A DNA stretch of 36,740 nt from Bacilli bacterium (GTDB lineage: Bacteria > Bacillota_I > Bacilli_A > RFN20 > CAG-826): assembly GCA_040396875.1 (NCBI GenBank), contig JBBAWZ010000006.1:1464-38203 (forward strand), given 5' to 3'. Position 1 is the stretch's first letter, and each line of letters starts with the position of its first letter. Shown here piece after piece: positions 18,426 to 29,600 of the stretch. The translations under genes and the position numbers were made by a program. The notes beneath the pieces were generated by a model. That model did not search any database. It saw only the letters and a program-made list of their open reading frames with translations, and was not told the DNA's origin.

Positions 18426-19769
18426 CTACCCAATGGGTACCGTAGCTTCCATATATTGGACTTCACTTTGTTCCGTCCATGAAAGTTTATCTGAAAAGAC
18501 TGAAATCGCAGAAATAGGTCCAATACGACCAAGCAACATGACAACCACAATGATGACTTTAGATGGGTCGGCTAAATAAGGTGTCACTCCTTCTGAAAAT
18601 CCGACTGTACCAAATGCAGAAACCACTTCAAATAGTAAAGCAGTTCCAGTCTTTAAACCTTCTGGATAAGTGGTGTTAAATTGCTCAATATATTCAATGG
18701 TCATGACCGTAAATAGAACAAAAACCAACGAGATGACCACAAGTGCCATTGATTTTAGGATGGATTCAATAGAGAATGTACGTTTAAATGCATGGACCTT
18801 TTTCCCCGTGATTAATGCCCAGATCGCTAGGAATACGATGAAGGTCGTTGTGGTTTTAATCCCACCACCTGTAGAAATGGGGTTAGCGCCGATGAACATT
18901 AACACCATAATGACAAACTTACTAGCATTGGTTAAGTCCCGTATGCTAACGATGCTGAGACCTGCAGTTCTTGATGAGATGGATGTAAAAAGTGCTAAAT
19001 CTAAACGTAAAACCTCCGCAGTACTATATTCGGTGAGGAACAATGCTAAAGTGCCCACCACAATCAAAATACCACTCATGATTAAAACAACTTTGACAAA
19101 GGTGGACACTTTAGATAGTTGAAACTTAAATTTGAACAACTCCACCCAAACCAAAAATCCTAATCCACCGGATACAATTAAGATCATCGTCACGATTTGA
19201 ATCAGGGCGTTGCTTTGAAAATTGATAAGGCTATTATCTCCAAGAAGGTCAAGTCCAGCATTATTAAATGCAGATACGGCTAAAAAGATGGATTGAAAGA
19301 TACCTTCTTCCCATCCATAGATAGGTACCATGACAATGGAATAGAGTGAGGCACCGAAAAAAATGAATACAAAAGCAATGAGTACCACCCGTTGGACGAA
19401 TTTTAGGGCACCGCTCATGGTAGTTAAGTTTAATGCCTGCTTCAGTAGATATCGTTCCATAATTCCGATTTTTTTACCAATAAGGATGGTAAAAAAGCTA
19501 AAAATCGTAATAATGCCAAGGCCACCAAGAATCATCAAGATCATCAAGACAACCTGACCAAAGGTCGAGAATTGAATACTAATATCCGCATAGACGGAGA
19601 GGCCGGTGACGGCGATAGCTGAGGTCGCCATAAACAAGCTATTGATGAAGTTACCCCATTGACCATTCTGCTGGGCAAAAGGTAGGGCTAAAAAGAGTGT
19701 CCCAATTGCGATACCAATGAGATAACTCAGCAAAATTGTATAGTAAGGTTTTTTTGTAAAAAAGTTCAT
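18426..19769 (-). CDS. ktrB: Ktr/TrkH potassium uptake membrane subunit
   Basis: Four pore loops ATSAIAVTGL, SAFNNAG, SRTAG, SAFGTVG; STGGGIKTTT. Start 19769 is preferred because ATG 19793 overlaps the -10 box. Confidence 0.9.
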   Translation of the reverse strand: MNFFTKKPYYTILLSYLIGIAIGTLFLALPFAQQNGQWGNFINSLFMATSAIAVTGLSVYADISIQFSTFGQVVLMILMILGGLGIITIFSFFTILIGKKIGIMERYLLKQALNLTTMSGALKFVQRVVLIAFVFIFFGASLYSIVMVPIYGWEEGIFQSIFLAVSAFNNAGLDLLGDNSLINFQSNALIQIVTMILIVSGGLGFLVWVELFKFKFQLSKVSTFVKVVLIMSGILIVVGTLALFLTEYSTAEVLRLDLALFTSISSRTAGLSIVSIRDLTNASKFVIMVLMFIGANPISTGGGIKTTTTFIVFLAIWALITGKKVHAFKRTFSIESILKSMALVVISLVFVLFTVMTIEYIEQFNTTYPEGLKTGTALLFEVVSAFGTVGFSEGVTPYLADPSKVIIVVVMLLGRIGPISAISVFSDKLSWTEQSEVQYMEATVPIG

Positions 19770-19791
19770 AAGATTTCTTAGTACGAGGGTC

Positions 19792-19820
19792 ATTATAGGA
19801 CTAACTTTTATAAATGTCTA
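19792..19820 (-). promoter_or_regulatory. SigA promoter for ktrB-ktrA
   Basis: Minus strand TAGACA-17 bp-TATAAT. Confidence 0.75.
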
Positions 19821-19859
19821 TCCTCCTGAAAAAATCTAATCAAAACTTAATGTTTTTTC

Positions 19860-19888
19860 TTGCATTTTAAAGATTATCGCATTATAAT
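19860..19888 (+). promoter_or_regulatory. SigA promoter for rplK-rplA
   Basis: TTGCAT-17 bp-TATAAT. Confidence 0.8.
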
Positions 19889-19924
19889 TCTCGAGCATGG
19901 ACTTTTTGGTCCATGATTGACGCT

Positions 19925-19958
19925 GCGTGGAAGGACTGATTCATCCGTCGACCACCGC
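19925..19958 (+). promoter_or_regulatory. L1-binding mRNA element upstream of rplK
   Basis: gtgg-aa-gga-loop-tcc-gtcga-ccac, resembling the GUGG(G/A)AG...ACCAC L1 site. Confidence 0.65.
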
Positions 19959-19992
19959 ACGAACAACACACATCCAAAAGGAGGATTGTAAC

Positions 19993-20415
19993 GTGGCTAA
20001 ACGAATCGCTAAAGTTGTCAAAATGGAATTACCTGGTGGAGAAGCAAAACCAGGCCCAAAACTCGCATCGGCCGGGATTGTTATGCCGAAGTTTTGCACA
20101 GACTTCAATGCAAAAACTGCTGATAAAAAAGGTGAAATTATTCCTGTTATCATCACAGCCTTTGAAGACAAATCATTTGAATTCGTTATTAAAACTTCGC
20201 CAGTAGCTGGCTTAATTAAGAAAGCCGCAGGCGTTGAAAGTGGATCAAGCAATGCAAAAACTACCAAGGTTGGTAAAATTTCTCGCGCAGCTTTAAAAAA
20301 GATTGCCGAATATAAATTACCTGACTTAAATGCTTATGACATTGAAGCTGCTATGAAAATCGTTGAAGGTTCTGCTCGCAATATGGGCATTACCATCGAA
20401 GAAGATAAGAAGTAA
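19993..20415 (+). CDS. rplK: 50S ribosomal protein L11
   Basis: GTG start after AGGAGG; FC..FNAKT, IIPVIIT, KTSP, PDLNA, GSARNMG. Confidence 0.95.
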   Translation: MAKRIAKVVKMELPGGEAKPGPKLASAGIVMPKFCTDFNAKTADKKGEIIPVIITAFEDKSFEFVIKTSPVAGLIKKAAGVESGSSNAKTTKVGKISRAALKKIAEYKLPDLNAYDIEAAMKIVEGSARNMGITIEEDKK

Positions 20416-20443
20416 GTGGAAGAGCGTAGCTCGTTAACACCAC
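20416..20443 (+). promoter_or_regulatory. Second L1-binding mRNA element upstream of rplA
   Basis: gtgg-aa-gagc-gta-gctc-gttaaca-ccac. Confidence 0.65.
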
Positions 20444-20458
20444 AGAAAGAATAAAACT

Positions 20459-21145
20459 ATGAAACGCGGAAAGAAATATGAGGCTGCTTTAAAGCTCGTT
20501 GATATCAATAAGCTTTACACGATTCAAGAAGCCACCACCTTAGTTAAGAAAACTTCAACAGTTAAGTTTGACGCAACTGTCGATGTTTCCTACCGTTTAA
20601 ATGTTGATACTACACAAGCTGATCAACAAATTCGGGGCACGATTGTGCTTCCACACGGTAATGGTAAAACCAAAAAAGTGCTTGCGGTTACCTTAAGCAA
20701 AACTGCTGATGCAAAAGCTGCAGGTGCAGATTTTGTTGGTGGTAAAGAACTTCTTGAAAAGATTAACAAAGAAAACTGGTTTGATTTTGATGTCATCGTT
20801 GCCACTCCTGAAATGATGGGTGAAATTGGTAAGTTAGGTAAAGTCTTAGGTCCTAAAGGTTTAATGCCAAATCCTAAAACTGGAACCGTCTCTGTTGATA
20901 TCGGTAAGGCCATTAAAGAAATCAAAGCTGGTAAGGTTGAATATCGTTTAGATAAAGAAGCAAATGTGGCCGTTTCAATCGGTCGCGTCAGTTTCACAGA
21001 AACCCAACTTGCTGAAAATTTACAAGCACTTACGGATGCAATTGTTAAATCACGTCCTGCTTCTGTTAAAGGTAACTTCTTTAAAGCGGCAGCGATTCAT
21101 ACGACCATGGGTCCTGGTATTAAGTTTACGTTCGAAGGTCGCTAG
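20459..21145 (+). CDS. rplA: 50S ribosomal protein L1
   Basis: [38 protein letters not shown]. Confidence 0.98.
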   Translation: MKRGKKYEAALKLVDINKLYTIQEATTLVKKTSTVKFDATVDVSYRLNVDTTQADQQIRGTIVLPHGNGKTKKVLAVTLSKTADAKAAGADFVGGKELLEKINKENWFDFDVIVATPEMMGEIGKLGKVLGPKGLMPNPKTGTVSVDIGKAIKEIKAGKVEYRLDKEANVAVSIGRVSFTETQLAENLQALTDAIVKSRPASVKGNFFKAAAIHTTMGPGIKFTFEGR

Positions 21146-21162
21146 TCTCTCTCTTCCCTTAG

Positions 21163-21260
21163 TTTGAGTGTTTTAGAACCATAGACAGCAACGGCCACGG
21201 GGGCTTAATCATGTTGCCGAGGATCTCAGCATACTGAATCTCTTGGATCTACAACTCAAA
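21163..21260 (+). promoter_or_regulatory. L10 leader (L10(L12)n-binding element)
   Basis: ccaTAGACAGcaac...gcTTAA..gttgccGAGG core with an outer stem tttgagt...actcaaa, upstream of rplJ. Confidence 0.75.
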
Positions 21261-21292
21261 AATATAAAACGGTAATCCAAGGAGGTGAACCA

Positions 21293-21796
21293 ATGAACAA
21301 AACAATTCTTAAAGAAAAAGAAGCGTTAGTTAACGAAATCGAAACGTTAGCAAAAAAGAGTGCATCGGTTGTTATTGTCGGTTATCAAAAAATGACCGTC
21401 GCAGAATTATCGGTTTTGCGTCGTAATTTACGAAAGAACAATGCACAATTTGGTGTATATAAAAATACACTCGTCCGTCGGGCTGCAGATAAGTTAGGCA
21501 TTAAAGACAATGCATTAACCAATATCTTGCAAGGTTCCAACGGCTTTATTTTTACCAAAGATGCCCTTGAAGGCAGCAAGATCGTGGTCAAGTTCTCAAA
21601 GGCCAACGAAAAGCTCGTCGTTAAAGGTGCCATTCAAGATGGTAAATTTATTGATGCCGCTCAAGTAAAAGTGTTAGCGTCTTTACCCGGAAGACCACAA
21701 CTCTTATCCATGCTTGCCTCGGCCTTACAAGGTCCGATTCGCAAATTGGCAGTAGCAGTCAAGGCTGTTGCTGACAAACCAAAAGCCGCTGCTTAA
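21293..21796 (+). CDS. rplJ: 50S ribosomal protein L10
   Basis: LRRNLR, VYKNTL, LASLPGR; perfect SD AAGGAGGTG. Confidence 0.96.
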   Translation: MNKTILKEKEALVNEIETLAKKSASVVIVGYQKMTVAELSVLRRNLRKNNAQFGVYKNTLVRRAADKLGIKDNALTNILQGSNGFIFTKDALEGSKIVVKFSKANEKLVVKGAIQDGKFIDAAQVKVLASLPGRPQLLSMLASALQGPIRKLAVAVKAVADKPKAAA

Positions 21797-21818
21797 ACTG
21801 CCATAGGAGGAAATAAAC

Positions 21819-22196
21819 ATGGCCAAATTAACGAAAGTCGAAATTATTGCCGCAGTCAAAGAAATGACAGTTGTTGAACTCAATGACTTAGTCAAAGCGA
21901 TTGAAACCGAATTCGGTGTCACCGCTGCTGCTGTTGCTGCTGCTCCTGCTGCCGCTGCTGATGATGCTGGTGCTAAAAAAGGCCCAGCTGAAGTCACCCT
22001 CACCTTAAAGAGTGCTGGTGCACAAAAAGTTGCCGTCATTAAAGCTGTTCAAGCCATTACTGGTTTAGGCTTAATGGATGCAAAGAAACTCGTTGATGGT
22101 GCTCCAAGCAAAATCAAAGAAAAAATTTCACCAGTTGAAGCTGAAGAACACAAAAAAGCATTGGTCGCTGCCGGTGCTGAAGTCGAAATTAAGTAA
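21819..22196 (+). CDS. rplL: 50S ribosomal protein L7/L12
   Basis: [15 protein letters not shown], Ala-rich hinge, [23 protein letters not shown]. Confidence 0.98.
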   Translation: MAKLTKVEIIAAVKEMTVVELNDLVKAIETEFGVTAAAVAAAPAAAADDAGAKKGPAEVTLTLKSAGAQKVAVIKAVQAITGLGLMDAKKLVDGAPSKIKEKISPVEAEEHKKALVAAGAEVEIK

Positions 22197-22216
22197 GCTC
22201 AATTTCGAAAAGTTAC

Positions 22217-22245
22217 AAACCTGCCTTTTCACTAAGGCAGGTTTT
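22217..22245 (+). terminator. Intrinsic terminator after rplL
   Basis: aaacctgcctt-ttcact-aaggcaggtttt. Confidence 0.8.
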
Positions 22246-22268
22246 ACCACTTTATAGGAGGGCGTGAA

Positions 22269-22862
22269 ATGGGTCATTATTTTGAAAATAATCCACCCAA
22301 ATCCATCAAGGAATTTACGGTAACGTATGACATTGGTGGTAAAAAATTCACCCTTTTAGCCAGTAGCGGGATCTTTGCTAAGCAAGGTCTTGATGCCGGT
22401 AGTCGATTGCTGATTAATGTATTGTTGCAAGATGCATTAAGCGGTTCGTGCTTAGACCTTGGCTGTGGATACGGCCCTGTTGGATTAACGTTAGCAAGTC
22501 TTAATCCAAAATTGATCCTAACACTTGCCGACGTCAATGAACGGGCAGTCATTGATGCCAGACACAACGCCCAACGTCTTGGCTTGACGAATCTCCACAT
22601 ATTGACGAGTGATGGTTTTCAAGAATTGACGCGAACCTTCGATGTGATTGCCTTTAATCCACCGATTCGCGCCGGAAAAAAAACAATCTATCGTTTATAT
22701 CAAGAAGCCAAACAGCACCTCAATCCCAATGGCAGTTTATACATTGTCATTCGTAAAGATAAAGGCGCTGAATCCCATGAGACCTATTTGCTAACGTTGT
22801 TTAGCAAGGTCCTGCGCAGAGACCGAGACAAAGGCTATCTCGTGTTAATCGCAAAACCATAA
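22269..22862 (+). CDS. rsmC: Class I SAM methyltransferase, RsmC/YbxB-like
   Basis: [28 protein letters not shown]; conserved position between rplL and rpoB. Confidence 0.85.
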   Translation: MGHYFENNPPKSIKEFTVTYDIGGKKFTLLASSGIFAKQGLDAGSRLLINVLLQDALSGSCLDLGCGYGPVGLTLASLNPKLILTLADVNERAVIDARHNAQRLGLTNLHILTSDGFQELTRTFDVIAFNPPIRAGKKTIYRLYQEAKQHLNPNGSLYIVIRKDKGAESHETYLLTLFSKVLRRDRDKGYLVLIAKP

Positions 22863-22872
22863 GGAGAGACAT

Positions 22873-25800
22873 ATGGCAAAAACGACAAAGAAAAAAGTAA
22901 AAGTTGGACGCGATACCGTCGCATTGACTGGACCCTTAAAAATCGGTACCGGTGGTGCTCGTCATTACCAAAACATGGATAACAACCGTGTCAATTATTC
23001 GAAAATTTCCGGGGCATTACCATTACCAAACCTCGTGGAAGTGCAAACTGAAAACTATCAATGGCTTTTAGAAAAAGGTCTTGATGAAGCACTCAAAGAT
23101 ATTTTTCCAATTGAAAATTATGCTGGTACATTAAAACTTGAATATTTAGGTTTCCGTTTTGATGCGCCTAGCTACACATATTTAGAATGTAAAGATCGCG
23201 ATATGACTTATTCCGTACCATTACGGGTTAACTTACGTTTAATCTTTAAAGAAGATGGCAACATCAAAGAATCAGAAGTGTTTCTTGGTGACTTCCCACT
23301 CATGACGAACTCTGGCACCTTTATTATTAACGGTGTTGAAAAAGTAATCGTTTCGCAAATTCGTCGTTCGCCAGGTGCTTATTTATCCAAGGCGATGGAT
23401 AAGACTGGAAAGTTTTTATTTAAAGCAGACTTGATTCCAATGAGAGGTACTTGGTTAGAATTTGAATCAGATGCCAAGGATGTCTTATCCGTTCGTATTG
23501 ATCGTCAACGGAAAATGTATGCATCGATTATTTTGAAATCCTTACTTGCATTTGATGAATCGACACTCGAAGGTAAAAATAAAGAACTTCGCGCTCAAGA
23601 ATATGCCAAGAAATTGGATGAAACCATCATCGGATTATTTGGTGATAAAGATATTTTAAGAAATACCTTAGGTAAAGACTCTGATACCGTTTCCACCCAT
23701 TACGCCTTAAGCCAAATTTTCTCCAAAATGAAACCCGGAGAACCAAGAACGGATGACGGAATCAATAACTTTATCATTCAAAAATTCTTTGATGCAAAGC
23801 GCTATAACTTAGGGATGGCGGGTCGTTATAAATATGCCAAGAAGTTAGGTATTTATAACCGCTTAGCAGGTCGCGTTTTAGCAGAAGACCTCATTGATGC
23901 GGATGGCGAAGTGCGTTTAGATAAAGGTACTTTACTGACAAAAGATTTTGTGGAAAAACTCCGTGCTGAAAAGTTCTTTGAAAAAGGTGCACACGAAATT
24001 AAAGTACCCATTAACACCGATTTAAACAATCGCAATAAAGTTAACGTGATTAAAGTTTTCCCTAACGCCAAGAAAGAAACCATTTCCCACATCGTTGGTA
24101 CGGATCTGAACTTAAAAGATGAAACCGTTACGATTCCCGATATGCTTGCCACTTTCTCTTATTTCCTAAATTTAATGGATGGCTTTGGTGATACGGATGA
24201 TATCGATCATTTAGCGAATCGTCGGATTCACTCTGTTGGTGAATTGATTCAAAACCGTTTCCGTCTAGGTTTATCCAAGATGGCAAAATCAATTCGTGAA
24301 AAGATGTCGATTTCCGATATTACAAACGTTACTCCTCAAACCTTGGTGAACATCAAACCTTTAACAGCACAAGTGAAAGAATTCTTCTCCACTGATCCAC
24401 TTTCACAATTTATGGATCAAACGAACCCCTTAGCGGAATTAGCCAACAAACGCCGTATTTCTGCTTTAGGTAGTGGCGGTATTAAACGTGACCGAGCGTC
24501 CTTTGACGTTCGCGACGTTCACTTCTCTCACTATGGTCGTATCTGTCCAATTGAAACGCCTGAAGGTCAAAACATTGGTTTAATCACCAATTTAGCAACC
24601 TACGCAAAAGTAAACCATTATGGATTTATTGAAACCCCTTATCGTAAAGTGGATAAGAAAAATGGTCGCGTTTTAGTAGAAACAGAATACTTATCTGCTG
24701 AACAAGAAAGACCTTTTGTCATTGCCCAAGCTTCCAATAAACTTGCCAAAGATGGTAAATTCTTAGAAGATAAAATCATCGCTCGCTTCAACGGCGATAA
24801 TATCATGGCCAATATTGAAGACGTTGATTATATGGACGTCTCGCCAAAACAAGTCGTTTCCATCGCCTCTGCTTGTATTCCATTCTTAGAAAACGATGAC
24901 ACTACTCGGGCTTTGATGGGTGCAAACATGCAACGTCAAGCGTTACCATTATTAAGACCACAAGCTCCATTCGTTGGCACCGGTATTGAACACGCAATTG
25001 CCCGCGACTCTGGATTAGCGGTTGTTGCACAACAAGACGGTGAAGTGACCTATATTGATTCACGTAAAATCGTTGTTAAGACCAAAGGCTCTAGCGAAGA
25101 AATTTCTTATCCATTACAAAAGTTTAACCGTTCAAACCAAGGGACTTGCATTAACCAAGTTTCGATTGTTAAACCAGGACAAAAAGTTTTAGCAGGACAA
25201 ATTCTTGCGGACGGTCCAGCGATGGATAATGGTGATTTAGCCTTAGGACAAAACGTGACGATCGCCTTCATGACCTGGAATGGATATAACTTTGAAGACG
25301 CAGTCATCATGTCTGAACGCTTAGTCAAAGAAGATGTCTATACTTCCATTCATATCGAAGAACACACGCTAGAATGCCGTGCCACCAAATTAGGTGATGA
25401 AGAAATCACACGAGATATTCCTTCAACCAATGAAGAAGCCAAAGCCTACTTAGATGAACGCGGCATCATTATTCCTGGTGCTGAAGTCAAAGAAGGCGAC
25501 ATCCTTGTTGGTAAAGTAACACCAAAAGGTGTGACAGAACCAACCAGTGAAGAAAAATTATTACGCGCGATCTTTAGTGAAAAAACCAAAGAAGGTAAAG
25601 ATTCCTCGCTCCGTGCTCCACATGGTGGTGCAGGTATTGTCTTAGACGTCAAAACATTCTCACGTGAAAAAGGCGATGAACTCGCCCCAGGCGTGAATGA
25701 AGTCGTTCGCGTTTACATTGTTCAAAAGAGAAAAATTTCTGAAGGTGATAAGATGTCAGGTCGCCACGGTAACAAAGGTGTTATCTCGCGCATTCTTCCA

Positions 25801-26619
25801 ATTGAAGATATGCCTTACTTACCAGACGGTACCCCAGTCGATATCATGCTTAACCCATTAGGGGTTCCAAGCCGGATGAACATTGGACAAATTTTAGAAA
25901 TCCATTTAGGGATGGCTGCAAAGAAACTTGGCATGAAAATTGCCACACCAGTTTTTGATGGTATTTCCAATCAAGAAATTATGGACTTAATGAAAAAAGC
26001 CGGTCTCGATGAAGATGGTAAATCCGTCCTCTTCGATGGTCGTACGGGTGAAGCTTTTGATGAACGTATCTCGGTCGGTGTCATGTACATGATTAAACTT
26101 GTGCACATGGTCGACGATAAATTACACGCTCGGGCAACAGGTCCTTACTCCTTAGTTACCCAACAACCGCTTGGTGGTAAAGCACAAAACGGTGGTCAAC
26201 GTTTCGGGGAAATGGAAGTGTGGGCATTGGAAGCGTATGGTGCTGCCAATACCTTACAAGAAATTCTTACGATCAAATCCGATGACCGCGTTGGTCGTCG
26301 TAAAACGTATGAAGCGATTATCAAAGATCGTGATATTCCACGTCCAGGTATTCCAGAATCATTCAAAGTTTTACAAAAAGAATTACAAGCCTTGGCAATT
26401 GATGTCCGCTTGTTTGATGAAACCAACCAAGAAATGGATATGGAACAACTTTCCAAAGATGCACTAGCAGAAGAAAGAAAAATTAATTCTTCCATTCGTG
26501 CTTATACATCTGAATCTTTTGATGAAGATGAAAATGAAATGTCCGTAAGTGAAAGCTTTACGATTGTTGACGAAAAAGGCGAAGCGATTGCTGAACCTAA
26601 AGTCGACGAAGAAGAATAG
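22873..26619 (+). CDS. rpoB: RNA polymerase beta subunit
   Basis: [58 protein letters not shown]. Confidence 0.99.
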   Translation: MAKTTKKKVKVGRDTVALTGPLKIGTGGARHYQNMDNNRVNYSKISGALPLPNLVEVQTENYQWLLEKGLDEALKDIFPIENYAGTLKLEYLGFRFDAPSYTYLECKDRDMTYSVPLRVNLRLIFKEDGNIKESEVFLGDFPLMTNSGTFIINGVEKVIVSQIRRSPGAYLSKAMDKTGKFLFKADLIPMRGTWLEFESDAKDVLSVRIDRQRKMYASIILKSLLAFDESTLEGKNKELRAQEYAKKLDETIIGLFGDKDILRNTLGKDSDTVSTHYALSQIFSKMKPGEPRTDDGINNFIIQKFFDAKRYNLGMAGRYKYAKKLGIYNRLAGRVLAEDLIDADGEVRLDKGTLLTKDFVEKLRAEKFFEKGAHEIKVPINTDLNNRNKVNVIKVFPNAKKETISHIVGTDLNLKDETVTIPDMLATFSYFLNLMDGFGDTDDIDHLANRRIHSVGELIQNRFRLGLSKMAKSIREKMSISDITNVTPQTLVNIKPLTAQVKEFFSTDPLSQFMDQTNPLAELANKRRISALGSGGIKRDRASFDVRDVHFSHYGRICPIETPEGQNIGLITNLATYAKVNHYGFIETPYRKVDKKNGRVLVETEYLSAEQERPFVIAQASNKLAKDGKFLEDKIIARFNGDNIMANIEDVDYMDVSPKQVVSIASACIPFLENDDTTRALMGANMQRQALPLLRPQAPFVGTGIEHAIARDSGLAVVAQQDGEVTYIDSRKIVVKTKGSSEEISYPLQKFNRSNQGTCINQVSIVKPGQKVLAGQILADGPAMDNGDLALGQNVTIAFMTWNGYNFEDAVIMSERLVKEDVYTSIHIEEHTLECRATKLGDEEITRDIPSTNEEAKAYLDERGIIIPGAEVKEGDILVGKVTPKGVTEPTSEEKLLRAIFSEKTKEGKDSSLRAPHGGAGIVLDVKTFSREKGDELAPGVNEVVRVYIVQKRKISEGDKMSGRHGNKGVISRILPIEDMPYLPDGTPVDIMLNPLGVPSRMNIGQILEIHLGMAAKKLGMKIATPVFDGISNQEIMDLMKKAGLDEDGKSVLFDGRTGEAFDERISVGVMYMIKLVHMVDDKLHARATGPYSLVTQQPLGGKAQNGGQRFGEMEVWALEAYGAANTLQEILTIKSDDRVGRRKTYEAIIKDRDIPRPGIPESFKVLQKELQALAIDVRLFDETNQEMDMEQLSKDALAEERKINSSIRAYTSESFDEDENEMSVSESFTIVDEKGEAIAEPKVDEEE

Positions 26620-26633
26620 GAAGGGAGCACACC

Positions 26634-29600
26634 ATGGTTGATATTAATAAAATTAGTAAAATCCGCGTTGGTTTAGCTTCACCAGAAACCATTCGTAAAT
26701 GGTCACATGGAGAAGTGATGAAACCAGAAACGATTAACTATCGTTCACAAAAACCAGAAATGCAAGGCTTATTCTGCGAAAAGATTTTTGGTCCTTCTAA
26801 AGATTATGAATGCCACTGCGGTAAATATAAGAAACAACGTTATGTTGGTGTTGTTTGTGAAAAATGTGGTGTTGAAGTCATGACCAAAGATGCGCGAAGA
26901 GAACGCATGGGTCATATTGAACTTGCCACACCATGTGCGCATATTTGGTATGTCAAAGGCATCCCTTCTCGTACAGCATTAGTCTTAGACATTAATGCTA
27001 AGCAACTCGAAGAACTTGTCTATCTTGTTGGTTCAACGTTAATCTGTTTAAATCCTGGTCAATCCAAGATTTTAAAATATCGTCAAGTGATCGATGAAAA
27101 AACCGGACGTGTTGATTTTGTTTCCGTCATTAAAGAATTCCAAGGACGTTTGGAAGGTTATGAAGCGGCACGCGCAGAAGAACTTGTTAACCGTTTAGAA
27201 AACCGTAGCGAACCAATTAACTTTGAAGTGGTGACTGCTTTCATTCAAAAGCATTTAGGTGCTGAATTTGGTGAAGGTGCTGAAGCCATCAAGCGTTTAT
27301 TAAAAGAAATCGATTTAGAAAAAGAATTCCAAGCGATTAATAAAGAAATGGTGAATGCACCAACCCAACGTCGCAACAAATTGATCAAGCGTTTAGAATT
27401 GATCGATAGTTTCCGTTTATCCAACAACCGTCCTGAATGGATGATTTTGGATGTCTTACCCGTCATTCCACCGGACTTACGGCCGATGCTTCAACTCGAT
27501 GGTGGTCGTTTTGCCACGTCAGATTTAAATGATTTATACCGTCGCTTAATCGCTCGTAATCGTCGTTTAAAAAACCTTATCAACATGAATGCACCTAGCA
27601 CCATGTTACGTAACGAAAAGCGGATGTTACAAGAAGCAGTCGATGCATTAATCGATAATGGTCGTCGTGGTAAACCTGTCTTATCTTCAGGTGGTTCGGG
27701 ACGCGAACTCAAGTCCTTATCGTCAGCTTTAAAAGGTAAACAAGGTCGCTTCCGTCAAAACCTACTCGGTAAACGTGTTGACTATTCTGGTCGTTCCGTT
27801 ATCGCAGTCGGTCCAGATTTAAAAATGTATCAATGTGGATTACCAAGAGAAATGGCGATTCAATTATTAAAGCCATTTATTGCTTCGTTATTAATTGATC
27901 GTGGTTATGCGAACTCTCACAAACAAGCAGAAAAGAAAGTCGACGCTTATGATGAAATCGTCTTCGATATCCTTGAAGAAATTATTTCTTTCCACCCTGT
28001 GTTACTCAACCGTGCTCCAACGCTTCACCGTTTAGGTATTCAAGCTTTCCAACCTAAATTAGTTGAAGGTCGAGCCATTCGTTTACACCCACTCGTCACG
28101 ACTGGTTTTAACGCTGACTTTGACGGTGACCAAATGGCCGTGCACGTTCCATTAAGTAAAGCCGCACAAGAAGAAGCGGTGAATTTAATGTTAGCGTCTA
28201 ACAACATTTTAGGTCCAAAAGATGGCTTACCGATTGCCACCCCTTCTCAAGACATGGTTATTGGTAACTTCTATTTAACGATGGAAAATACCAAAGCATG
28301 GTACGAAGGTAAAGCTGCAAAAGCTAGAAAAGCTGGCGATGAAATCTCTGCTGAAATGTATGATGCATTTGCCATCAGCGAAGGTAAAGTCTTTAAGGAT
28401 TTATCTGAAGTGATGATGGCCTATCAAACGAAGCAAGTTCATTTACACACGCGTATTGCCGTACCAGGTGCTGCGTTAAAGAAGATTAACTTTACCCCGA
28501 TGATGAATGAAGGGTATTTACTTACTACGGTCGGTAAAATGATTTTCAATAGCATTTTCCCAAATGATTTCCCTTACATCAATAATAAGAACACTGCTAA
28601 CTTTAAAGCGGATTTAGAAGAATACTTTGTACCAAAAGGTACCGATATTCCTAAAGTCATTGCCAAGAAGCCATTATTGACACCATTAGGTTCTAAGGAT
28701 TTATCCGCGATTATTAAAGAAGTCTTTGCTCGCTATGGCACCAGCCGTACCAGTGTCATTCTCGATAAGATGAAAGATCAAGGATTTAAATATGCGACGG
28801 TTTCTGGTTTAACGGTTGCCTTAAGCGACATCGTGAAATTAGAAAACAAAAAAGAAATCATTGCCGAAGGTGACCGTCGTGTTGAAGACATCACCGATCA
28901 ATTTAATCAAGGTTTATTAACGGATGAAGAACGTTATAATCTCGTCGTTCAAATTTGGAAAGAAGATGTTCAAAAGAAAATTGCCAGTAGCGTTCTTGAA
29001 CTCATGGCCAACAAAAACGACAATCCACTCAACATTATTTTCAACTCAGGTGCTCGTGGTAAAGCATCGAACTTTAACCAATTAATCGGTTATCGTGGTT
29101 TGATGTCAAAACCAAATGGTAAATTTATCGAGTTACCGATTCGATCCTCTTTCCGTGAAGGTCTATCGATCTCTGAATTCTTCATCGCCACCCACGGGGC
29201 CCGTAAGGTCGGTGCCGATACAGCGTTAAAAACGGCTGACTCAGGTTACTTAACCCGTAAGCTCGTCGATGTTTCTCAAGATGTGATCATTCGTGAAGCC
29301 GATTGTGGCACAGACCACGGTACCAATGTTTATGACATTAGGGATACCTCGCGTGACACCATCATTACTCCATTACAAAGCCGTTTAATTGGTCGCTTTA
29401 CCGTTCGGGATGTGATCCATCCAAAAACCAAAGATGTGGTTGTTGCTGGTAATCATCTCATGGATGAACGCGATGCGAAGAAAATTGTGGATGCTGGTGT
29501 AACAGACGTTGAAATTCGCTCTGTATTAGGTTGTGAATCCAAAGGTGGCATTTGCCAAAAGTGCTACGGTCGTCATCTTGCCACTGGTAAATTAGTGGAA

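Noticed and set aside
19927-19992. Apparent 22-aa N-terminal extension of L11 from GTG 19927
   Set aside because: That GTG is part of the L1-binding RNA element; the SD AGGAGG points to GTG 19993.
21922-21970. GCT-rich repeat in rplL
   Set aside because: This is the normal Ala-rich L7/L12 hinge.
26500-26619. Acidic C-terminal tail of RpoB
   Set aside because: Acidic tails are common in Firmicute and Mollicute RpoB.
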